DNA from: Kiritimatiellota bacterium
GTDB lineage: Bacteria; Verrucomicrobiota; Lentisphaeria; Oligosphaerales; JAADHN01
Assembly: GCA_013151865.1 (NCBI GenBank)
Contig: JAADHN010000111.1
Location: 122,624 to 186,623 of the forward strand
Direction of reading: 5' to 3'
Length of the DNA: 64,000 bases
The translations under genes and the position numbers were made by a program. This document shows, piece by piece, positions 1-7,900 of the stretch. Positions within the stretch are counted from its first letter, which is position 1; the number at the start of each line of letters is the position of its first letter. The notes below the pieces were generated by a model. It saw nothing but the letters and a program-made list of their open reading frames with translations. It was not told where the DNA came from and made no database searches.

Positions 1-608
1 GCCTGCAGAATTCGGTCGAAATCCCGGTGCGCAAACGGCTCGCCGCCCGAGAATGTAATTGAGAGCGTCCCCATTTCGGGCAGTTGCGCAAGCACGTCGA
101 GGGCCAGCGCCGTGTCAATCGGGCGCCCGGCGCCGCCGGGCGGGTAATAACAGTGAACGCATCGGAGGTTGCAGGCGGAGGTTACATCGATCTGCATGCC
201 GAAAACAGTGGGGCGTCGCTGAAAGTAATCGTAGAACCAGGCGGCGGAGTTCATCGGCACACCCACGGGGCCTCCGGCCGGCAGAATCACGGGAAAGTCG
301 TAAACGCGAGCGGACTTGCGAGCCAGTTCGTTCTCGTCGCGACCGGTCACGACGAATTTCTCGGCCTCCAGAATGGCGACAAACCGTTTGAAAGCAGCTT
401 CGACGTCAAAGCGGTGAATCCCCTCCAATTCCCTCGCAAGATCGTCGATGGCCGAGTCCAGGGTCCGCGGCGTGCGTGCCAAGCGTCGGAGATACGGTTG
501 CTCCGTCTCGTTGAAGAGGTGATCGACCTTGGTGCGCTGGTTCACCAGATAGGCGAAACCGTCGTAGAAGCGAGTGAACGAATCGTCATGCAGCTTTACG
601 AGAGTCAT
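1..608 (-). CDS. Radical SAM enzyme with N-terminal PqqD-like (RRE-type) peptide-binding domain; N-terminus complete, C-terminus runs off the left window edge
   Basis: Not in the supplied ORF track (no stop inside the window). Hand translation of the minus strand from ATG at 608 is open for all 202 codons: MTLVKLHDDSFTRFYDGFAYLVNQRTKVDHLFNETEQPYLRRLARTPRTLDSAIDDLARELEGIHRFDVEAAFKRFVAILEAEKFVVTG...VFGMQIDVTSACNLRCVHCYYPP...TLSITFSGGEPFAHRDF. CxxxCxxC (C146/C150/C153) and the GGEP motif are radical-SAM hallmarks. The first ~90 aa look like a PqqD/RRE domain (strands followed by three helices). Confidence 0.85.
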   Translation of the reverse strand, partial: MTLVKLHDDSFTRFYDGFAYLVNQRTKVDHLFNETEQPYLRRLARTPRTLDSAIDDLARELEGIHRFDVEAAFKRFVAILEAEKFVVTGRDENELARKSARVYDFPVILPAGGPVGVPMNSAAWFYDYFQRRPTVFGMQIDVTSACNLRCVHCYYPPGGAGRPIDTALALDVLAQLPEMGTLSITFSGGEPFAHRDFDRILQ

Positions 609-883
609 TCTTGTTCCGTTGTACTCGGGGCGCGGGGAACGCCGGCGGGAGAGGATCTCGGACTGAATCGACCGGGGCGGCTTTTCCTCTTCGTAGCCGT
701 CCCGCAGCGGGAGCGGGAGTGAAGGCTTGAACAACGGAACGCTGTCGAAAGCGCGGCGGCAAAAGACGGGAAAAGAGCGGACGTACCCGCGTCGGGCCCA
801 GACTTGCCCGAAGCCGGCGACGCGACGCCGTATTTCAGCTCAATCCTTCACATCGAGTCGGTGCGCCGGCCCATCGAACCGCG

Positions 884-899
884 AACCGGCGCACCGGTT
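884..899 (-). terminator. Stem-loop 11 nt downstream of the precursor stop codon (possible partial terminator or transcript stabiliser between precursor and rSAM gene)
   Basis: Perfect inverted repeat AACCGG-(4 nt)-CCGGTT. No adjacent U-run, so not a canonical intrinsic terminator. T-rich tracts (CTCTTTTCCCGTCTTTTG on the minus strand) follow about 100 nt further on. Confidence 0.3.
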
Positions 900-909
900 G
901 GCGGGCGGC

Positions 910-1128
910 TCATCCGCCGCCACCGCCGAAGATCGAAATGCCGCAGTTGGAACCGCCGTAAGACGCCCCGCCGCCACCGCCGCCGAAGATCGAAATGCCG
1001 CAGTTGGAACCGCCGTAAGACGCCCCGCCACCGCCGAAGATCGAGATGCCCCCGCCGCAGATGGCTTTCATCTCGTCGGCAGACACCGTAGTGTCCTCTG
1101 CCAAATCTGTGATCTTGATCCTGGCCAT
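910..1128 (-). CDS. RiPP/bacteriocin precursor peptide: double-glycine leader plus glycine-rich tandem-repeat core (72 aa)
   Basis: ATG at 1128 is preceded by AAAGGA 8 nt upstream. The supplied ORF 910..1323 is an upstream-extended version of this gene. Peptide: MARIKITDLAEDTTVSADEMKAICGG|GISIFGGGGASYGGSNCGISIFGGGGGGASYGGSNCGISIFGGGGG. Positions -12..-1 (VSADEMKAICGG) fit the double-glycine leader consensus LSxxELxxIxGG. High GC3. A C39-peptidase ABC exporter lies in the same locus. Confidence 0.85.
   Translation of the reverse strand: MARIKITDLAEDTTVSADEMKAICGGGISIFGGGGASYGGSNCGISIFGGGGGGASYGGSNCGISIFGGGGG
913..1050 (-). repeat. In-frame tandem DNA repeats encoding the precursor core (periods 57 and 51 nt)
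   Basis: 923-972 and 980-1029 are 50/50 nt identical. The third partial unit, 1031-1050, has 1 mismatch in 20 nt. The encoded units are GISIFGGGG(GG)ASYGGSNC. Confidence 0.9.
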
Positions 1129-1465
1129 GGGTCCGTTCCTTTCTGTCTTGCCGTGTCCGCACGGGGAACCACGGCGCTGCTCTGGTTCAACTCCAGCGAC
1201 GGCGTCTCGGAAATCCGGAGTCGACCGGCGCCGGCCCGACTTCAATCTCGCTTCCACGGGTCCGGTCGCACAAAAAACGCGCCGGCGCATTTCCGCCGAA
1301 ACCGAACGAATAATGTGCCGCAAGTTTCGTCTCCGGCACTTGGTGATACGTGGCGGCAGTTACTCCGTACCCGTCTTCAGTTCCGCTCGAAGTCGTGCGT
1401 CCTCTGGATGAGTCGGGACCGATTTCCACGGTCCACCCGACCGCATTTCGGTCCACCTTTCAATT

Positions 1466-1493
1466 AAAGTAACCAATTTGATCAATTTGTCAA
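1466..1493 (-). promoter_or_regulatory. Putative sigma70-type promoter for the precursor transcript
   Basis: An AT-rich patch in GC-rich DNA. The minus strand reads cTTGACAaattgatcaaattggtTACTTTaattg: a perfect -35 TTGACA (1488-1493), a 16-nt spacer, and -10 TACTTT (1466-1471, TAnnnT). The spacer contains the direct repeat CAAATTG-at-CAAATTG. Confidence 0.4.
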
Positions 1494-1592
1494 GTGCGCG
1501 CTGCCGGGAGACCGGTGTTTTCAAGCACAACGGCATCCGGCCGCACCGGCGTGATCGACCCGGTTCGACGCCGGGTGACGATCAGCGTTTTG

Positions 1593-2024
1593 TCATTCCT
1601 CTCCATCCAGTGCACCGCCGACGGCTTTGGCCAGCCAGTCCTGAAAAACCAATTCGCGGACCGTTTCCTTGACAGCCGGGGCGGCCATGTATGCCGCCGT
1701 GTCGGCCTCCGCCTCCAGCTTGTCCCGGAATTTGGAAATCAACAGGTTGGTTTCCAACCATTCTTCCCAGACCTCGGGGGTGAGACCGGAGATCTTGAGC
1801 CAAGCCATCGTGTCTTCCGCCTTGTTCAGTCCAGCCGCGGCGCGGGCCCCGTCGGCGGCCTTCTGCAACTCTTCGTCGCTGACCGACAAACCGGCTTCCT
1901 CGGCGGCGGCGCGGACCACCTTCCGTTGCACTACGTTACGCAGTGCAGTCGCGAACTGTCCGTTGATCCGCAGGCAGTTGAGCACCTCACCGACAGTGAC
2001 TTCCATCTCTTGGATTGCGGGCAT
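1593..2024 (-). CDS. SurA N-terminal-domain-like chaperone protein (143 aa), no PPIase domain, no signal peptide
   Basis: ATG at 2024 is preceded by AAGGAG 7 nt upstream. The sequence MPAIQEMEVTVGEVLNCLRINGQFATALRNVVQRKVVRAAAEEAGLSVSDEELQKAADGARAAAGLNKAEDTMAWLKISGLTPEVWEEWLE... aligns by eye with the N-terminal ~100 aa of the PpiC-type protein at 10092-10835 (shared SDEELQxAAD, TMAxL, GLT.E motifs). Confidence 0.7.
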   Translation of the reverse strand: MPAIQEMEVTVGEVLNCLRINGQFATALRNVVQRKVVRAAAEEAGLSVSDEELQKAADGARAAAGLNKAEDTMAWLKISGLTPEVWEEWLETNLLISKFRDKLEAEADTAAYMAAPAVKETVRELVFQDWLAKAVGGALDGEE

Positions 2025-2301
2025 GGTCTTTCTCCTTGATTTTGGCAAGCCCCGTGTTCCATTTGTGCTCCGGGCGGTCCGCCGGGGGCCCCACTTCGGA
2101 TCGCCGGGCCGGGAGCACAATAAAGAGCAGATCGATTACATTAATACAGTTTACGACGGTTTCACAAATTTGGCAACCCGGGACCAGAGGATTCTCTATG
2201 CCCCTCCCCGCCGGGACCGATGGATGTTGCGAACTTGTCCCGGCGGGACTGTCGCCCTCCCCCGAGTCCGAGCTTGTCCGCCGCCGTCGCACTTCCCGCC
2301 A

Positions 2302-3759
2302 CTACGGCATGAAAACACGCATCTCGCTGCGGAAATAAAAGATCCGAACAAGAACAAAAAGGTAATTGACCTGCGACCTCACATGGTTGAGCTTCGCGTT
2401 AAAATGGTCGGACTGAAACACCAACGTATCGAGCAGCAGACTGCGCCCGCCCCGGAGTCGGTCCAATTCCGCCTCCAAGTTCTTTGCGGTGATGTCCACC
2501 AGCTTCTCATCCAAGACGATTTCATCGGCAAGCCGTTTGAGTCTGACGAAGTCTTGGCTGAGCAGTTTTCGTATTTCATGTTCCCGATTCTTCTGGAGGA
2601 GCCGGTTCCGTTCCAGGGCGAGTTCGAGGGCCACGATCCGCTCTTGAATCGCCGTGTTCCCGACGGGCCAACTGAAATTCAATTCCACACCGATCAAGTA
2701 GTTCTGTGCGTCCAAGCCACTCACGGCGCGGACGGAATTGTCGTCATCGAAGCCGTAAACCGAGGCTTTCGCGGTCATGCCGAGACTTGGTCGGAGTTCG
2801 TCTCTGGCCTGCGTCAGGTCATAGAGCAATTGGTCCCCCTCGTTCCGAAGCGAGATCAACTGCTGGTCCCGCGCGCAAGCCAACCGGCAGCTCTCTTCCA
2901 ATGCGGGCATGGGCACTTGCGCTCTGATTCGTTCGAGATCGATGCGCGGCTTCACGTCGTCGAAAGCCCCGGTCGCGATTCTCGTGCGTACGGCGAATTG
3001 CAGTTGCTCAGCCAGGGTGCGAACCGCCTGCCTGCGCCTCAGGATGTCCTTCTCCTGTTCCAACACCACGGACTCAATCTTGTGCAGGTCGATGACGGGA
3101 ATGGCGTGCATTTCAAACTTTTCCTGGATGATCCGCAGGATTTCGCGCGAGTTTTTCAGGATTTCCTCGCCGATGACGAGATCTTGCCGAGCCTGGTAAA
3201 ACGCCAAATAGGCTTCCGCGACATCCCGAAGCACGGCGGATTCGATGGCCGCGCCGGTCTCCAGGTGGAAGCGCAACAGTCTGCGGGCCCGGGCGATATT
3301 CAATTCCGTGATGGTCCGCCCACGTCCTTTCAGGAGAGGTTGCGTGTAACTGATTCCCAATTCGGCTTGCGTCTCTTCGGCGCTGTCCGGAAACGAGAAA
3401 AGGCGGGAGGACTGGCGCGAAACCGTCATCCCCGCCGATGTTGTCCCACCGACCGAATTGAGTCGGTCGAGGCTCACGGTCCCGGAGTAGTTCCGCTGGT
3501 CACGGAGCCCGCTGAGCGCGAGTTCTCCATAGGTCCGACGGTCCCCGCTCACGTTTGACCGCAAGATCGGTTCGTAGATGGCCTGCTCCTCGACCAATCG
3601 GGCGGAAGCGCGTCGCACATCCAACTCCTGGACACGCAAGAGCTGATTCTCTCGCAACGCCTGTCGCAAGGCTTCGGCCAGAGAGAATTCCGGATTGCCG
3701 GCTGCTGCTTTGCCCATGAACACCGTCGCGCACGCGAAGAAAACCTGAAAACACGCCAC
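2302..3759 (-). CDS. TolC-like outer membrane efflux/channel protein (OMF); start uncertain (GTG 3759 or ATG 3717)
   Basis: Two-fold repeated coiled-coil/OEP-like sequence (LSLAEALRQALRENQLL..., TQPLLKGRGR..., LDLAQARDEL-type segments) of about 470-485 aa. Only the GTG at 3759 gives a hydrophobic N-terminus (ACFQVFFACATVFMGKAAAG). The part of ORF 2302..4212 upstream of that is Arg/Pro-rich junk. Confidence 0.8.
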   Translation of the reverse strand: MACFQVFFACATVFMGKAAAGNPEFSLAEALRQALRENQLLRVQELDVRRASARLVEEQAIYEPILRSNVSGDRRTYGELALSGLRDQRNYSGTVSLDRLNSVGGTTSAGMTVSRQSSRLFSFPDSAEETQAELGISYTQPLLKGRGRTITELNIARARRLLRFHLETGAAIESAVLRDVAEAYLAFYQARQDLVIGEEILKNSREILRIIQEKFEMHAIPVIDLHKIESVVLEQEKDILRRRQAVRTLAEQLQFAVRTRIATGAFDDVKPRIDLERIRAQVPMPALEESCRLACARDQQLISLRNEGDQLLYDLTQARDELRPSLGMTAKASVYGFDDDNSVRAVSGLDAQNYLIGVELNFSWPVGNTAIQERIVALELALERNRLLQKNREHEIRKLLSQDFVRLKRLADEIVLDEKLVDITAKNLEAELDRLRGGRSLLLDTLVFQSDHFNAKLNHVRSQVNYLFVLVRIFYFRSEMRVFMP

Positions 3760-4982
3760 GCGCCCGAATGCAGAAACGATGAACGGGAAAGGAGCCCTTG
3801 CGATACGAAGTGCGGTACGACAAACAACGAAAGACGGCGGAGTGCGGCGACCGTTCGAGGGGACAAACGGCAGGCGGCAGAGGCAGGAACAGCCCCGCCC
3901 GGAGAGAGCCGCGGACAGCGAACGGGGACACGCCGAATCTGAAGGACTTGCGCCTCCGACCCCGCCGTTTCTTTCCCCTGGGGCGCCGAAAGCGACGGTC
4001 GTCGCCAAGCCCCGACCGGGGCCGGTTAATCTGTCCGTGGCGTGCGTCATGAGGCGTCGGTTGGGTTCGGTGTCGGACTGGACGCAACCGGGCGTCCCTG
4101 CGGGTTCCGCGCCCCAGTGGGAACGGAGTACGCCTGATCGGTGGCATCCGGAAAATACTGGTGGCATTTGCGGAATACAAGGAACCCAACGCAAGTTCGA
4201 GCAACCGCACAATCCGATGGGGCAGGCCCCCCGTGAGGTCCGTCCGTCTCCAGGCCCGCTGTCGCGCCGTTTTGCACGAACGGTGTTCCCCGGCGCCGGG
4301 GGGGACGCGCCGTCAGCGACGCGTTACAAGTTCGAGTCCCTCGCATGCGCTGCGTACCTGGAGACCAAATTTGCATGAAGCATGAGCCATCTGCGCCAAT
4401 GCCGCTTTCAGACACCTTCAAGACATTGCTGCCGCCGCTGGCCGGGGCGGTGTTTCGATACGACCTCCTCCGGCGTTCGACGCAATGAGCCGGACTCGCA
4501 CAAACTGCGCTCCCTTGCAACGAAGTCCGTGAATGAATGAGACCCGACCCTTCTTATCTGAGACCGCAGGGCCCCCGCGAGCCTTTCGACAGAGTGGCCG
4601 TCCCATCGCGGGAGATGCGCCGGCGGGCATGTTCCAGCGCGGAAACCGCAGGCCTGCCGTCACACAGCAGCTGCCCGACGGTCTCGCCGCCCCGCGCTTT
4701 TGGAAGGGGGCGCGATCACTTGAATTCCGTCCGAAATGCAGCATACTTGAAAGTGCGGGGTCGGGGGTCGTATGCAGGCCGAATTCACCCCGCTCAGGTG
4801 CGAGCCATCTGGGTCGATGACCGGGCCGTAAAGACCGGAAAAGCAGCCGGGACCGTTTTTCGAGTCATGCAACAACTTGCCCGTGCGAAGGTTGCCTGCA
4901 CCCAGAACCGGCCCCTTCCAGGCTGCGAACGGGAACGTGCGGCACGAACTTGCAACCAGGTGTTAGAGCACACTGTTTTTTC

Positions 4983-7900
4983 ATGCAACACGCTGACCTG
5001 CTGTCTTTCATATCGGACCTCCCTCTCTTCTCGATCTACGATGAAGAGCGACTTGCCGCGTTCTTGGAGCAGATGTCCCTTGTCTCGTACAGCGCCGGGG
5101 AGGTGGTGTTCGAACAAGGCGATGCGGGGGACACTTTCTATGTGGTGTACAGCGGCCGCATCCGCATCCTCATGCGCCGGAACGGCAGCGATGTAAACCT
5201 CGGCGTCCTGCGCAAAGGCGACCACTTCGGCGAGTCTGCTCTCATCACCGACCACCCCCGCACTGCGACGGCTCGCGCTGTGGAAGACAGCGTGCTGCTT
5301 GTGGTCTCGCGCGAAGATTTCACCACCTTCCTTTTGGCGGAACCGGCACATCGCGACTACTTCGACAAGTTGATGCGCAGTGCGGCGATCGATCGGTTCC
5401 TCAAATCCACCTCGACCCTGGGGAAAGTGGGGCGCAACGAGGTGGCGGAACTGGTCCGGTGCTTCAAGCCGCAAACCTTTGGCGAAGGCGAGGCCGTATT
5501 TCGGCAGGGCTCAGTCGCCGACAAATTCTATCTGGTCGAAAGCGGGAAGCTCAAAGTCGTGCGCTGGACGGATCAAGAGCACGAAATCTTGAATTTCCTG
5601 CGCGAGGGCGACTTCTTCGGAGAGAAAGCCCTCGTGGAAGACACGACCCGGTACGCGGACGTGATCTGTCTGACGCCCTGCAAATTGTTTGCGATGCACA
5701 AAGACGACTTTGACGCGCTGATCCAGAAATCGCCGAAGCTGCGCCGTATCATCCAAGACCGCATCGAATCCTACAAAACCCCTCCTCCCATCCCCTATAA
5801 GGAGGTCATCAAGCAGGAGCTTGCCGCCCTGAAGGAGACGAAGGTGACGGCGGGGGAAGACGCCGAAAAGGCCGTGCGAGAGGACCGCGGCGCGGCGCAG
5901 AAAACCGCCCGTCGCCGTCGTTCCCGCAAGCCCGCCCGTCGGTTCCCTTTCATCCGGCAGTACGACGAGATGACGTGCGGCACCACCTGCCTTATGATGA
6001 TCTCCAGGTTCTATGGCAAGAACTTTGCCTCGGCCCGGTTGCGGGAACTGGCGCACGTGGACGTGAGCGGCGCATCGCTGGCGAACCTGGCGACGGCGGC
6101 CGAGCAACTGGGGTACACCACACGCGCCCTGAAACTGAAATACGACGGGCTTCGTTCCGTCCCGCTTCCCTGCATCGTGCACTGGCAAGGGTATCACTAC
6201 ATCGTGGTGCATAAAGTGTCGGACCGATACGTGTGGGTTGCGGACCCCGCAATCGGCTTGCGCAAGTACGACCGGGAGCACTTCGAAAAGAATTGGAGCG
6301 GCATCACCCTGACCCTGACCCCTACCGCCTCGCTGGAGGAACAGACTGACGACCGGTCTTCGCTGCGCAACTTCCTGCGGTTCGTTACCCCCCACCGGAA
6401 AACGTTGATTGAAGTCCTCATTGCTTCGGTACTGCTGAATATCTTCGGCCTGGCTACGCCCATCTTCACCCAGAATGTCGTGGATAAAGTGCTGACCCAC
6501 AACAATACATCTATGCTGAACATGCTGTTCATCGGCATGTTGCTGGTTTTGTTCTTCCGAATCATGGTCATGTTCGTGCGCCAGTACCTGATCGTCCACA
6601 TCAGCATGCAGATTGATCTGAAGATGCTCGTGGCATTCTACCGGCACATGCTCGCATTGCCGCTGGGATACTTTAAAGCTCGGAAGGTGGGTGATTTCGT
6701 CTCGCGATTCGGGGAAAACCAGAAGATTCGCGCCTTCATGACCCACACTGCCCTGAGTCTTATGTTGGACGTGGTCTTACTGGTGGTATACCTCGGAATG
6801 ATGTTTTACTACAACACCAAGATGGCCGCGTTGACGATGGTCTTCATCCCATTCGTCGCGGCAGTCACCCTGGTCTTCACGCCGATCCTCCGTCGACTCA
6901 ACATCGACGCCTTTCAAGCTCATGCGGAGGCCGATTCGCACTTGATCGAATCCATCACGGGCATCGACACGATCAAAGCCCTGCACGCCGAATCGCCTGT
7001 GCGTTGGAAGTGGGAAGACAAGTACATTCGCAGCATGAACATCGACTTCAAGCTGACCAATGCAGGCATGATGTTCAGTGCCTTCGGCGATCTGGTCGGC
7101 ACGCTCAGTGCGACCGTTCTGCTCTGGTTCGGTGCGCATCAAGTCATGGCGGGGGCCCTCACCGTCGGTGAACTGATGGCTTTCATGGCCCTGATGGGCA
7201 GTGTAATGGTCCCGGTCAACCGTGTGATCGGCGCCTGGGACGACATTCAGCAGACGCTGGTTTCAGTCGACCGCCTCAACGACGTTTTCAGCGCCAAGCG
7301 TGAGTTCGCCGACGCGGACGCCGGCCACAGCGGGGTCCCCCTGGAGGACGTGCCGTGCACAATCGAATTCAAGGACGTGTTTTTCCGTTATGGCGGCAAC
7401 GACGATCCATATATTCTCTCCAAGATCAACTTGAAACTCCCGGCGGGCAAATCCCTGGCCTTGGTCGGACGCAGCGGCTCGGGAAAAAGTACATTGGTCA
7501 AGCTGTTGGCACGTTTCTGGGACGTCACTGAAGGGCAGATTCTCATCAACGGCGTCAATGTTCGACATATCGATTTGAACTGCCTGCGGCGCATGATCGG
7601 ATTTGTATTGCAGGAGACCTTCATCTTCAACGGAACGGTTCGGGAGAACATTGCCTACGGCGAGCCGGAAATGGATTTCAGCCGAGTATTGCGAGCGGCG
7701 AAGATGGCCAATGCCCACGACTTCGTCACCACATTGCCCTTTGGCTACGACACGCGTGTCGGGGAAAGCGGCGTGCAACTGTCCGGCGGGCAAAAACAAC
7801 GCATCGGGATCGCCCGGGCACTGTATGCCGAACCCAGGGTCCTGGTCTTCGACGAAGCGACCAGTTCCCTCGATTCCGAGTCGGAGCAGGCCATTCAGAA

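Noticed and set aside
84-722. Track ORF 84..722 (+), 212 aa
   Set aside because: It is antisense to the clearly motif-bearing radical SAM frame. Its product has no motifs.
913-1050. Tandem direct repeats that could be mistaken for a mini CRISPR array or VNTR
   Set aside because: The repeats are contiguous with no spacers, in frame, and encode the repeated peptide unit. No cas genes are present in the window.
1360-1446. 28-aa uORF (MRSGGPWKSVPTHPEDARLRAELKTGTE) with a good SD (GAAAGGTGG, 6-nt spacing) just downstream of the putative promoter
   Set aside because: No recognisable feature and no way to test conservation here. It is kept only as a note within the leader-region finding.
1187-1456. 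Minus-strand ORF (89 aa) in the precursor leader region containing YSFGFGGNA, vaguely like the core motif SIFGGGGA; possible second precursor
   Set aside because: There is no double-glycine leader, and the GTG start abuts the putative SD with no spacing. GC3 is only ~61% by my count, against ~80% for the real precursor. Most likely untranslated leader.
727-1467. Plus-strand ORFs 727..1467 and 804..1091 with striking Arg-rich internal repeats (RRHRRRSKCRSWNRRKTP x2)
   Set aside because: They are the antisense or out-of-frame image of the Gly-codon tandem repeats of the minus-strand precursor. They have no RBS and a non-protein-like composition.
1669-3558. 629-aa plus-strand ORF overlapping the SurA-like and TolC-like genes
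   Set aside because: It is antisense to two motif-supported genes, with a low-complexity, Arg/His/Pro-rich product. This is the typical long shadow ORF of GC-rich DNA. The same reasoning applies to 5511..6746(-), 8603..10231(-), 14818..15825(-), 23725..25782(+ frames), 27059..29131(-), 33134..34864(-), 35651..36937(-), 37531..39345(-), 40486..41760(-), 46290..47762(+), 49323..50396(+), 51693..52880(+), 53663..55093(+), 55550..56446(+), 57854..59077(-), 59154..60404(-), 60340..61803(-) and 62247..63971(-).
4158-4173. CTGGTGGCATTTGCGG, resembling a sigma54 -24/-12 promoter (TGGCAC-N5-TTGC)
   Set aside because: The GG-to-GC spacing is 10 nt instead of the required 12. No enhancer-binding protein gene lies nearby.
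4300-4350. GTTCGAGTCC, a tRNA/tmRNA T-loop-like motif, in the large intergenic region
   Set aside because: The flanking bases do not form a T-stem, acceptor stem or anticodon arm, so no cloverleaf could be built.
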